64,000 nucleotides of DNA from Vermamoeba vermiformis. Its lineage: Eukaryota. Position numbers and translations under genes: made by a program. The stretch's first letter is position 1. Each line of letters opens with the position of its first letter. This document shows positions 52,889-64,000 of this stretch, piece by piece. Under the pieces are notes generated by a model. That model did no database searches and was not told where the DNA came from. It saw only the letters and a program-made list of their open reading frames with translations. The stretch is taken from assembly GCA_045837725.1 (NCBI GenBank), contig JBEWZL010000263.1:124001-188000 (forward strand), written 5' to 3'.

Positions 52889-55800
52889 ATGAGTACACCA
52901 CAAGACTGGAGCAGTTACGAGTCAGATACACTGCCACGTGCTGAATCAGCCACTACATCGAGCAGTCGCTACACTACAACGAGCGGCAGTAACGATACTG
53001 ACACCTCTGGGTATCATTACGCGACGGATGCAGATCTGAGAAGCATGGATTACGGCGATACTCATGAAGCGTCCAATAATAATACCCATGATCATATTGA
53101 AGATCATGGCACTTTAAAGGATAAGGATCGAAGTCACCTCGACTTTGAGATGAAGGGATCTGACAAACTCGTTTGGCACAACAAGTTTATTCAAATAATG
53201 GACGAATTAAAAAAAGTTGACGTCAAGAATACCCTGCCTTATAGTGAACGAGAGCGCATCTGGCGGGAGTTGGGAAATTTGGCTAAGGTAATTAAATTTT
53301 CAATAATTTCGTTTAATTTAATTATTTATTTCACTTGTTATCGCGCATTTAATTGTGTTTGATTATTTATTCAATTATATCATGATGGCGCGAGCTGATT
53401 TAATGTCACACACTACCGCAGGATTTCCTCTACGCCGCGCAGACCTACGGCAAGATTATCATCAGCGAAGTGTTCTTGCCGAATGAAAAGAAGACTATAG
53501 CACCCATCACTAACAAAGGAATATGCGGCGGTGAAAAGTGAGCGATCAGATCACGCCATTACAACCGCACTAACAGCCTTGTCTAGATACATCGTGAACT
53601 CGATGCTGTTCAAATTTGCAGTCGATCACCGCCAGTTATTTGCAGGCGACGAGACAGCGACGATCAAAGTGGCAGGACTGGATCTGGTGAGTCTCAACTA
53701 CTGGACCGAGCACGGCCGTCAAGTGGGTCTGTTGCCCCCGCTCTCCGTGCTGCTCGACTACCGCGGCTTCAGAGTGCTGGCCCAGGCCATCTTGCCGCTC
53801 GGTCCTGAGTCCCTCAAGTGCGGCAGTGCTGATGCTGGTGAGCACGTGATCAGTCCTCCCCCCGCCCTCGCTGGTACGCACTCGAATAGTGTCGCATTCA
53901 ACGGCTCTAACTGCAGCCCCCTAGACAAAATATCACACTGCGCGAAACAGCTGAATCTGAAAGAGCACTACGTCGTGCAGCGGTCCATTGATGTGCCCAC
54001 CAGCACGAGCTCGCCGTACCTCAACACCAGTGCCGTGACAGGTGTCAATAACAGCAGCGATGATTTGACGCAGATACACGCTGAGGCCTACAATCAGAGC
54101 AACAGTTCGCTGCTCGACGATGACGCGCAGCATCAACTGACCAATCAGAGCACTGCGCACGATGAGACACAGCGCTACGCCCTGCCATCGCTGAATATGA
54201 CACTAGTCAAGGTACACGCGGCCATTGACCTCGAGTTCCATCAAGGCACTGATGGGCGCTATTACATGTTGGACTTTTCGCGCAGTTTCCCGCCACAAGA
54301 TGCGCACATTCAATCGCAGTACGTGCAGGCAATCAACACGCTATTAGTACGAGCTCTATAATAACTGTCATTATTACAGTGTCAAAATGCGACACTTGTT
54401 CAAATTGCTGCGCCCTGAATTCGTGCGACACTACATGAAGCCACTCAATGCTGACGCCTATTCCAAGTTCATTCGCATTGACAAGAGTAAGCGGCAGTTA
54501 AATTGATGTCACTCTTGCTGACTATATTTAGAAAATATTCCCATGACTGACGATGAGCTATCACGTGTCGTAGAACTTCGTCAACAACAAATCTCCGACG
54601 AGCGAGATATCTCCGAGGCCACGCGCCACTTGATTGAGGTCGTGGTGCCCAAATTCGTGCGCCGATTCAAGAAGATTCACTCGCTGTTGGGCCACACTGA
54701 GCGCCACTTGTTTGCGCGCCACTGGTTCTACATCTTCTTGCACTTCTACGGCATCAACACGCGCATGTTGGGGTTTGTGCGCGGGCTCGTCAAAGTCGAG
54801 GCTCTGTTTGCAGGCGAATCAGACTTCATCCCGCGCGGTGACTCGTACATCTCGATCGAGTTCATCACGGACAAGCTGCGCAATATGAGTGGCAACACCT
54901 CGCGCGGCTCACTCATGAACAGCTCGGACTCGGCAGCGCTGTCATCGACTCCGACCAGTGCGCGCACTGACACCTCACAGCGCGCCAATTACGCATTCAC
55001 GATGAGCAGCTGGTCGATGATACTGCTGATCAAAATGTTGGCGCGGTGCATCAAGAACAAAATCCGACAAATGTTGCGCGATGAAATGCGACGCGTCAAG
55101 TACATGGGCGAGCGACCCTACATAGAAGCAGTGGTCAAGTCCCTCAATCTCATCTTCGGAGATCACGCGGCCTCAGAGGAGTACTGGCAAGGCACGCTGA
55201 AGCCAGTGTTGGAAGAGCAGTTCTTGAGTGCCCTCACGCCCGAAGAGCAGGCCATGTCCTCGCTCAAACACTACATTCGCGAGTTCCCGTGCTACAACTA
55301 CTACATGGTCGATGTCAAGACTGGCCGTCATCAGCCCGACACGATCAGATCTAACGGCCTCTGTCTCTTGTTCTCCGAGGTCGTGGATCTGCTCGGACTC
55401 ACTTTCAATCAGAGCTACAAACAGTTCGCGACCAATGCTGATCTGTTCAGCTACGAGCAGCCCTTCGATGTGATGGATGTCGTGACTATCAACGAGAAGA
55501 TTAAGACCATTCACGTCCTCGCGCATTCGCAGGGTGTCGTGCTCAGAATGCGCGCCAATGCCGCTGAAAAGACGAGAGGTAAGTAACTTGAGGTCTAATT
55601 TTAGCTCATCGGTCACTTGCAGGCAGTGAATTCGCTCGCAGTTTGTACGAGGCATCATTGGACTATGTAAGTAGCACAATACACTGTACGAGCCATGCTG
55701 ATATCAACCAGTTCCGCATGAGTCTCAAAGCCATGCCACGTGATCACCGCACTTGGCGCAACACCGCGGATGTGTTTCAACAACTCAAATTCTACAACCT

Positions 55801-56425
55801 CGCGGAACTGTTCTACATCTTCAGCTTGAAAGGTGAGTCCTATTGGTCACGTAACAATATCTAATGCACTGGCCCAGTGCTGCCCACGGAGAGTGTGACG
55901 CTGTACAAGTTGGCGCACTTCTACGCTGATTGTCGCAACAAACACAAAGAGGCCGAGCAGAAGTTCAAGGTACGAGTCTACTAGTAGTAGTGCTGTGAAA
56001 CAATTGCAGCACTCTGTTTGACCCTTTGACGATTATGACACCTGTCACAGGAATCACTCGCCTCTGAGCCCACAGTGGTGGCTACAGTCGGTCTCGTGAC
56101 ACTGCTCAGTCGTGCTGGTCGCTTGCAAGAGGCCCACGCGCTGTTGACCGAGGCACGAGTCACGTGGTCGGACAGCTGGGCCCTCGAGTGGCACACTGCA
56201 CGCACCTTGGTGCAGCTCGGTGACATTCAGGGCTCAGTGCCGCACATTGAACGCGCACTGCAGCTCGGAGCCCCGTCATCGCTGATTGTGCCTGACTACA
56301 ACGCCCTGCTCGATCGGGTGGGTGATCCATTGGGCGAGGTGAATATTCGCTTGCCCGTACCCGAACAGGATCACTTGTCATCGATGGATCTCACTACGAC
56401 CTTCCGATTCATGAAAAAGAATTAA
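52889..56425 (+). CDS. Clu-domain protein with C-terminal TPR-like repeats
   Basis: DFLYAAQTYGKIIISE, GGEKYIV..MLFKFA, LLDYRGFRVLA, GSADAG, GTDGRYYMLDFSRSFPP, LLRPEFV and LHFYGINTRMLG motifs. Confidence 0.85.
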
Positions 56426-56819
56426 TCTCTGATTAGCCCAATGTAGATAACAAGGTAAGTCCTAATGTCCCACAGTTAAATATTGCGGTGCAAATTCATT
56501 CACAGTGGCAAAGTTGTGGTGTCACGGGAATTGCACAATCAAATGCCAATATTTCCATTGAAGTTTATCATTTTTAACGATGCAGCAATTAATCTGCGCG
56601 CCGAGATGAATGAGATGAAATTCGGCTTGATAATTTATCGACCAGATCTGTTTTCGCGCAGATCTGCCGGAAAATTTTCCAAATTTAATTATCACCTGCA
56701 GTTGGCGGCAATACCAACAATATAATGCTTCGAGTGATTTATTATCATTTAGTCAATTCAGCAAACAACAACTAACAAGAAGTCAAATAGACATTTTTGG
56801 TTATAATTAAGCAAAGTCA

Positions 56820-58229
56820 ATGTTGGCCGTCAGAAGATTAGCAAACTATGTCACAGGTCTGAGTGCCGAGTCATTCAATGTCAACAAGTGGGTCAACACT
56901 TCACTCGCGTAAGTCTTGCGTGATCTAAGCCACCTAACACCAGATCTAACTGTATTCTTCAGCGGCAATTCAGGGCTCATCTCAAAGTGTCTCGGTGCAC
57001 TCGACGACGCATGGATATCAGTGTACAGCAGATCTAGCCGCAACACTTCCTTTGGTGAAGGTATATTGTTCGGATCCACGAACTGTAGACCTGATTAGTT
57101 CTCGCGATCTGACGAAGTATACCACTAGGTTGGGGCTGGTTCAAAAATGACATTAGCTTCTTCGACACTGCTCAACGGATCACTGTGCGCTGGCAGAGCG
57201 AGTGGCAGAACAAAGGCGCGTACTTCATTCGCACGGGTGTGTTCTGCTCGCCCATCACAGTCGAGGAGGGAATTCACGCTGATTGCACGGAAGGTATGGC
57301 GTATGAATTAACATCTATGGTGGCCTTGATTTATGAAATTTCCGCAGCATTATTCGAAATAATGGTCCCCTCTCTCGAGCGCACAGACTTTCCTATCTGC
57401 GTGCAATTAGCCGCGACGAACGATCAAGGACTGTGGAAGCGACGCAGATTTGTCGCACAACCCCTCATCGAGCACGGCATTGGCTCCGTGATATTAGAGA
57501 ATGCGTATTACGGCGCCAGACGTCCCAAGGCCTACACACTGCCCTTCGGTGCCTTGCCCAAAGTGAGTGACTTGTATCTCATGGGCAAGGCGACTATTGA
57601 AGAGGGTCGCAGTCTGTTGCGCTGGTTGCGCGAGGACTACGGGCACAAAGGACCGCTCGGTGTCACTGGCATCTCCATGGGTGCAGCGATGGCCACAGCT
57701 ATTGGGTGTAGCGCACCATTCGAGTACGTGTGAATAATGCACCTTGAAATAGCAACAATTCTGACCTGTTAACAGAGTGGCCGTGGCGTCATGTCTGCCC
57801 GCTCATTCACCTGTGCCCATCTACACGGAAGGTGTGCTGAGCAAGGCCGTGCACTGGGAGATACTGCGCGGTGAAATGAATTTTGAGAGCGAAGACGACG
57901 CTAAAAACCACATGCAAAGCTTCCTCAATCTGGCTAGCCTCGACGAAATCCTCAAATTTCACAAAACACCTTTCGCTTACGTACAAATCTCAGCGGTGAA
58001 TGACAGGTACATTCCCAACGATTCCGCACAGCTCTTGTACGACGTGGTAGCAGAACGCTGTCGCACTCACGCGCACGAATTGACCTGGATTCGTGGCGGA
58101 CACGTGTCAAGTGTTTTGATTGACCGCAACAAGATCATTGATGCTATTGTGCGCTCATTTGAATTGCTGAAAGAAAGACAACAAGAAAAAAAGAAAAAGA
58201 ACAAACTCAAGCCGCTGCTTGAACTGTAA
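56820..58229 (+). CDS. ABHD18: ABHD18/DUF2048 alpha/beta hydrolase
   Basis: CVQLAATNDQ, LENAYYGARRP, VSDL, GISMG nucleophile elbow and GGHVS; mitochondrial-like N-terminus. Confidence 0.85.
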
Positions 58230-58367
58230 ATAAAGTGTAAATATTTAAACATGATTTAATGTTACTGTACAACAACTAAGACTAGCTTCTAATTCCTGAA
58301 AAAACTATTTACAATCTGTACATCAGAACTGACTACATCAGTTACACTGGCCAATGTCATGATCGAA

Positions 58368-60956
58368 TTATTCGACAGAAGGAACTTCAACGGCTTCAGG
58401 TTCAGCATTTTCACTCTTTTCTACGATGTTTTCTACGGTGTTTTCGACCTTTTCTTGCACAACCTCTTCCACTTTGGCCTCGGTATCTTCTTTCTTTTCT
58501 TCGGTCTTCTCTTCAGTGGTATTGGCATTGGTATTGTTTTCAATCTGGTTCGTGTTGTTGACTGCTTCGGCGAGCTTTTGTCTGTTGATCGAAAAACTCT
58601 TCAAGTCAATCACGAGCACACTAATATTATCAGTGCTGCCGTGATCCAAGGCGTAGTTTCTCAGCCTCTCAGCAGCAGCTTGCATGTCGGTCTCATCGCG
58701 AATCAAGTTGACAGCTTGTTGATCGCTGATCACATCCCACAGACCATCACAAGCTAAAATCAATAACTCATCGGTATCATTAATCTCGTGCTTGATGATG
58801 TCAGGCACTGCAATGACAGGTGTCAATAAGGCATCACCAATGGCTCGGGACACGGAAAGCAATCCTTTGACACGACCACCGTTCACGAATCCTCCAGCTT
58901 CTTTGATACGCTTCAATTCATCAGGATGTTCTGCAAGCATAATTAGTCATTGTACAGCATTACATTGTGAATTATACGTACCAGGCTTGTGATCGGTTGA
59001 CAAGCGCTGAGCTTTGCCAGCTTGAGCCAACACAACACGACTGTCACCAACATTGGCAATGTAGAAGAAGTGGTCGATAAAGTATGCTGAGAGAGCGGTG
59101 CAGCCAACATACTTGGCCCAGCCCTGAATCGAGCGATCAATCTCCACGTAGGCTTGTGTCATGGCCTCGCCAATCTGGTCTTCACCGAGTGTTGACAACT
59201 TGTGCTTGAGACACACAGCGAGAGACTTGGCGCAGTAATCTGCGACTTCACGCCCTCCGTGACCATCTGTTCAATGGCGTTAATTCGCGATATTAAAGCT
59301 TGAGATAACTTACCAAATAAGGCAAACAAATCTTCGTTGTCTTTCTCGCGGAACTGACCGTGCACAATGACTGCATCCTCCATGGACTCGCGGCGACCAA
59401 TCGTGTCACTCAGACCGAAACGGAAGCGATTGCTCAGAGTGACTTTGGGGAACTTTTCAAAGTTGACAAATGCCAACCACTAGCGATGATTAGACACGAG
59501 TGTTAAGAGCTGTGATGACACTTACTGGGAACTCCTCCAAGGGATCAAGTTGTTTCTTGGGTCCAGTCTTGGAGTAACTGCGATTGAATCTATTTGGCGG
59601 GCTTGAAGGACTCGTGCTGAGGTTGGCGTTGGAGCCAGCATTGGTGTTGTTCTTGTTGATGATTCGTGTGCGACTGATTGCGTGTTTGCGACGATAAGGC
59701 ACGGCATTCAAGAGGTCGTCCATGACATTGGTGATCGAATAGTTGCGCTCTAGCAGCTTCTCGACCTCGTTCATATGCGCTGCGGACAATTTGTTGCCTG
59801 AAATAAGGTCGTCAGTGTCCTGTCACGTGACTACTAGTGAATGACAGGCGTACCGTCCAAGTCAAGTCCAATCACGTGATAATGCGCGTCCAAGAACTGC
59901 TTGATGAGCTCGAGACTGGCGTCAGTCAACGCGTTGTTCTTGAGATCAATGTGCCGCAACACATCGTTCATGTCGCTCTTCAGTGCCTCGACGACTGCAT
60001 CACTCAGCTTGGTGCCGCGGAGGTGCAGTGCTTTGAGCGAGTTGTTCTGGCCCAGCGCACCGAAGATAGACTCGGCCACGTGATCACCGAGTGAATTCTC
60101 CGACAAGTCTAGCGTGTAGAGCGATGCGTCTTTAACGAGCGAGACCAACTATGATAAATAATAATTGTCATCAGAATCAGAAGAATTAATGCAAAGACTA
60201 GCGTGAAAATTATTAATAAAATTGACCTATTCATAGCTGTATAATTGATATAATATTGACAATATTCAAAATTATATGATCGTATGCATACCGATTCTCC
60301 AGCCGCAGAGGTGATGGAACAATTTACGAGGGACACATCCGTGATTGCTAAGTGTTCTAATAATACACGGGTTATAAATAGGCTATCGATTAATGCTTGT
60401 GCCATACTTACTTTTAATTGTTTCACATAGCGCAATAGCAGCGACGTCGCCTAAATACGAATTTTCAAGAGAGATCGCAAAAGTTCTTTTGTCCGCAGGA
60501 ATTGCTTGAAGTGCATTATATAGTGTATCGCCGGCCTATTAATATTGCTATTTAGTCGTGGTTATACGCGATTCACAATGAGCTCATTAATAATTATAGC
60601 TGATCTGAATTTCCATTATTATTATTTTAAATACTAGAACATCGATCTTATTCGCAAGATCGTGACCAACAATCGTCAATAATCCATATAAAAGTATATA
60701 GTGAATAATATAGGCCTGTTGTATTGAAAAGATTCGATAAAATACCTCGTTGCTTCTTGCATCTGGCTTCGTCTTTAACAGCTCGGTATATCGTTCACGG
60801 AAAGTATTCAATATCTTAGCTGCCTCTACATATGCAAGAAAATCAAGGTTAAAAATCCTTCAGCGAGAAGCGACTTTGAAATTGAATCCGCCGATCCGAC
60901 AGAATCTTACCTTCATTTGATACCTTCCCAAATATCTTACTGAAAAATCCACCCAT
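58368..60956 (-). CDS. RNI-like LRR + PP2C protein phosphatase
   Basis: MGGFFS start (possible myristoylation), LRRs (LDLSENSLGD, IDLKNNALTD), then MED, FDGHGG, ANVGDSR, DHKP, ACDGLWD and GSTDNIS motifs. Confidence 0.88.
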
Positions 60957-61144
60957 GTTGGTTAGCAGCAAATCGTTGTTTGATTAGCTGGCCAGTTAAA
61001 CACCAGCCAAACCAGTCCGCGGACAAGTCACGTGGGCCAGAAACAAAAAGCCTCCTTGGCTCGGAAATCACTTCTCTTTATTCCTTGATATCATTACACA
61101 TTCTTCTATTCTTTTTTTTTTGTGCATTGTTCAGCCCTTAAGCC

Positions 61145-64000
61145 ATGTTTACGGTATCCCGCGTTGCGATTTCTAAGCTCAGATGTAGCTTTGTTTTGTT
61201 AAGCCGTAATGGTGTTAGATATTCTTCGTCACGGCCTTCACCCCGCCCCCGAGGTAGTACGAATTTTAATGCTCATCTAAATCATTGAAGGGACATCTGA
61301 TTGCTAATCTGTATCTTCCTTAGCACCCGAGCAAAAGTCCTCCAATAATAACAAATCTTATTCACAACAAAGTTTGGAACGCATTCAGCAGGCGAGAAAG
61401 ACGACGTAAGTTCATTCTGGATTATTATTATTTAGCATAGAATGATAATTTACGTTTTGAAGCTTCCTTCAGCATTTCTCATTGCTAATGTAATATTCTG
61501 AATAGCGGTAACTCTGGTTCTCACGAGTCTCTTGAAAATAATGCCCAATTCAATGATAACGCGAACAGAGGACTGAATGACTTGAGGTGAGTTAACCTTG
61601 CTCAGAGAGTAGCTGTTTTAACGCCCAGTATACAGAAAAGAATTTATCAGGCGTTCAGAGACGGATCCTGCCATACAAAGCCGAAGAAAAGGAGTAGGAT
61701 CGGCTGACCCCAAAAACGACCAATAACAAAGCTGCTACGTAGTTCCGACTTCACGGTTACGAAAGCTCTCTTATTGCGTGATTCGACACATCAAACTGGC
61801 AAGTCAAACCAATGTCCGCGGACAAACGAGAGGGACATTTGTTTTTGCGCAAGAATGCGCCCAACAATCTTTTCTGTGCTGTCTGCGGACACGGCGCCGT
61901 GTTCCTTTCTTCCCATTCTTTTTGCCATTCGACAAGGGTGGTTTCTACCGCCCAAACTCCTGCACGCCTTCGAAAATATATATAAAAGACTCGTTCGGAT
62001 TTTTGGGGATTAGCTCTCCGGATTAAGATGAACAACTTTGGGGAATTTGTATTTAAACTGAAGAATCATGTAACACCAGTAGCAAAGTCATTTTTGCTGG
62101 CGCTGTTCCATGGAGACAAAGGGGATCTACAGCTTTGGCTCGAAAAAATGAGAAATCAGAGTCCAGGGTTCAAAGACCTCGACGACTTGCGATATTTGCT
62201 CAAAGTTCTATACATCAGTTGGCAGTCAACATGGGCTAGTCTGTTCCCGCTTCACAAGCACTTTGATACGTGGATTCGTCAGGCATCACAGCTGCTCCTT
62301 TCAGACGCGCATACGAGCACAACATTAACTTGGGCGGACGCAGAAGAGCAATACCGAGGATTGGTTAAATTTTTAACAGCGCTGGCAGAGCTGCCAGAAC
62401 CGTACAAAGTTGAAACGCAGTCCACGATAAAACAGATAGAACAATGGTGGTCCTCGCTACCTAAAGTCGGCAAGATGGTAGCTAGTAATGGAGTATGTAC
62501 AATTGCAATATTTAATGCGAATCACAAGATACAAAAAATCTTGTATTGCAATTATAATCGACCCAAATTATTGCTTACTAACGGTCCCGTAACAGATATT
62601 AATCACCGCAATTGATCTCCCGTTGAAGCAAGGACCAGGCTCAGCAGAGAAACAACACGCCGTGTTATTTGAAGGAGTTAACACACAACTCTCCGCGGAG
62701 GCCGTGGAGCTCGTCACTGGAATACTGCCCGAGAGGGTCGAGAACTGCGAACAAGGTCTTATTGTAAAATTAAAGTCGCAAGAGGAGCACGATAAGATGT
62801 TAGAACTGTCGGGGCACATCGTGTTGAGGCAGGGAAAGGTTAGTAGCTATTCTTTGATCAATGCTTTACTGCGGAAAAACTGCAACTAATTCTTTCGGCG
62901 GATTTATTCTTTTTTCTTTTGACAAATTTTGACTTGTTTGCTGCATTAGGTCATCATCAAACCGTGGAGTTCATCCAAGCCTACAGCCTTGCGCCATGTG
63001 TTCACCATCACGCTACCAGGAGCCACACTGACTGACGCCAAGAATATCGCTGACATCGTATTGAATGTGCAACTCATCTCCGAGCCAGTCGTGTCGGCCA
63101 ACGGTGTGATCGAATACGAAGTGGCGCCTGACTCTGCGGCGTTATTGAAGCAGATCCAAACATGTTTCTTTAAGGGAGCACCAGTACGTCCAATTCCACT
63201 ATTTCCGAATAAGTGACTGACATTTCACAGCGCAAAATTGAAGAAAAAGATGTGGAGGTCACAGTTGAGATACCCGATGCAATTATCTACGGTATTCCTG
63301 AAGGACTTGATGAAGCTAAAATTGTCGCGTCCCTCGAGTTGATGGTCGACGCAGATATGACGGGCAAAGTGACGTACGTGGAGCTGCTGCAACTAGCGAT
63401 CCTTTACAAGCCCGAGCGAGACGTTGATTGGTTCAGTCTATCGCTCGTGCTGCGCGGCAAGAAGGTCACTGTCGCTCCCTTTTCCCAATATATCGTTAGA
63501 CTTTCAAATATTCCTATCGACCTCTACACTGAAGACAAGCTCACTGCGAAGCTCGCAGAAGATGTTCCCGCCAATAGCATCCAAGGCGTGTATTTAGATG
63601 CAAAAAATCAAACAGCGTACGTGCACTTGAAGAGCGCTGAAGCGAAGGATATCTTAGTTAAGAAAGAAATGATAGAGATCGGGGTAAGTTGTCACAATCA
63701 TACTCGCGTAGGTTTTAACCTTTCAATGCAGTTCAACTTGGAATCCAAATCATCGTACGTCGAGTTGCGAGTCATCAACTTGCCACCGAGCACGAGAATC
63801 AGCGAGATTGTCAAGCCTCTTGGAAGACTAATCTCAGCACGAATTGGTACAGTACGCGTTGACGAAGACACGCACACGGCGTTCGTGCCTGTGCCTTCAA
63901 ACGTAGTTCAACGCGCACTGGACCTACAACACTTCATGGTAAATAACAAGCAAGTGCAGATCATAGCAGACGTCGACAGCTCTACGTCAGTCACGATCAC
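61145..64000 (+). CDS. Large hypothetical protein, possibly mitochondrial with divergent RRM-like repeats (3' partial; exon linkage uncertain)
   Basis: Presequence-like MFTVSRVAISKLR. Later exons contain VRLSNIP...TAYVHL and LRVINLP...TAFVPV (RNP2/RNP1-like); open to the window end. Confidence 0.45.

Overview
Gene-dense, intron-rich eukaryotic DNA with short GT-AG introns (mostly about 45-100 nt) and short divergent promoters. The IQGAP-type RasGAP, the Clu-domain family member and phospholipase B suggest an amoebozoan-like protist (inference). About 30 host genes can be spliced by eye: NUP54, BCP1, COG2, RPL21, CCR4, IQGAP-like, a nucleotide-sugar transporter, HAUS8-like, NSE2, two homeobox genes, MED1, DUF442, AP-1 sigma, YbaK, a HECT E3, a SelW-like selenoprotein, CCDC84, LigB/DODA, TTC39, COQ3, an elongase, a bHLH-ZIP, PLB, LacZ-type GH2, PGBD-YkuD, Clu-TPR, ABHD18 and LRR-PP2C. 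A CpG-poor composite mobile element of about 5 kb (about 3.46-8.34 kb) carries an intron-containing IS5/ISL2/Harbinger-type transposase, nested GGCC inverted repeats, duplicated terminal modules and five tRNA-3'-half/B-box units. Main highlights: (1) exons and introns are saturated with palindromes matching TALE-dimer, E-box, MEF2, SRF and STAT-like sites (TGACANNTGTCA at least 32 times); (2) a head-to-head pair of dissimilar TALE-type homeobox genes resembling a mating-type cassette; (3) a UGA-recoded selenoprotein with a clear SECIS, largely missed by the ORF track; (4) an SREBP-like membrane-tethered bHLH-ZIP; (5) a secreted peptidoglycan-binding L,D-transpeptidase-fold protein. All homology calls come from motif recognition and all counts are manual; no searches were run.
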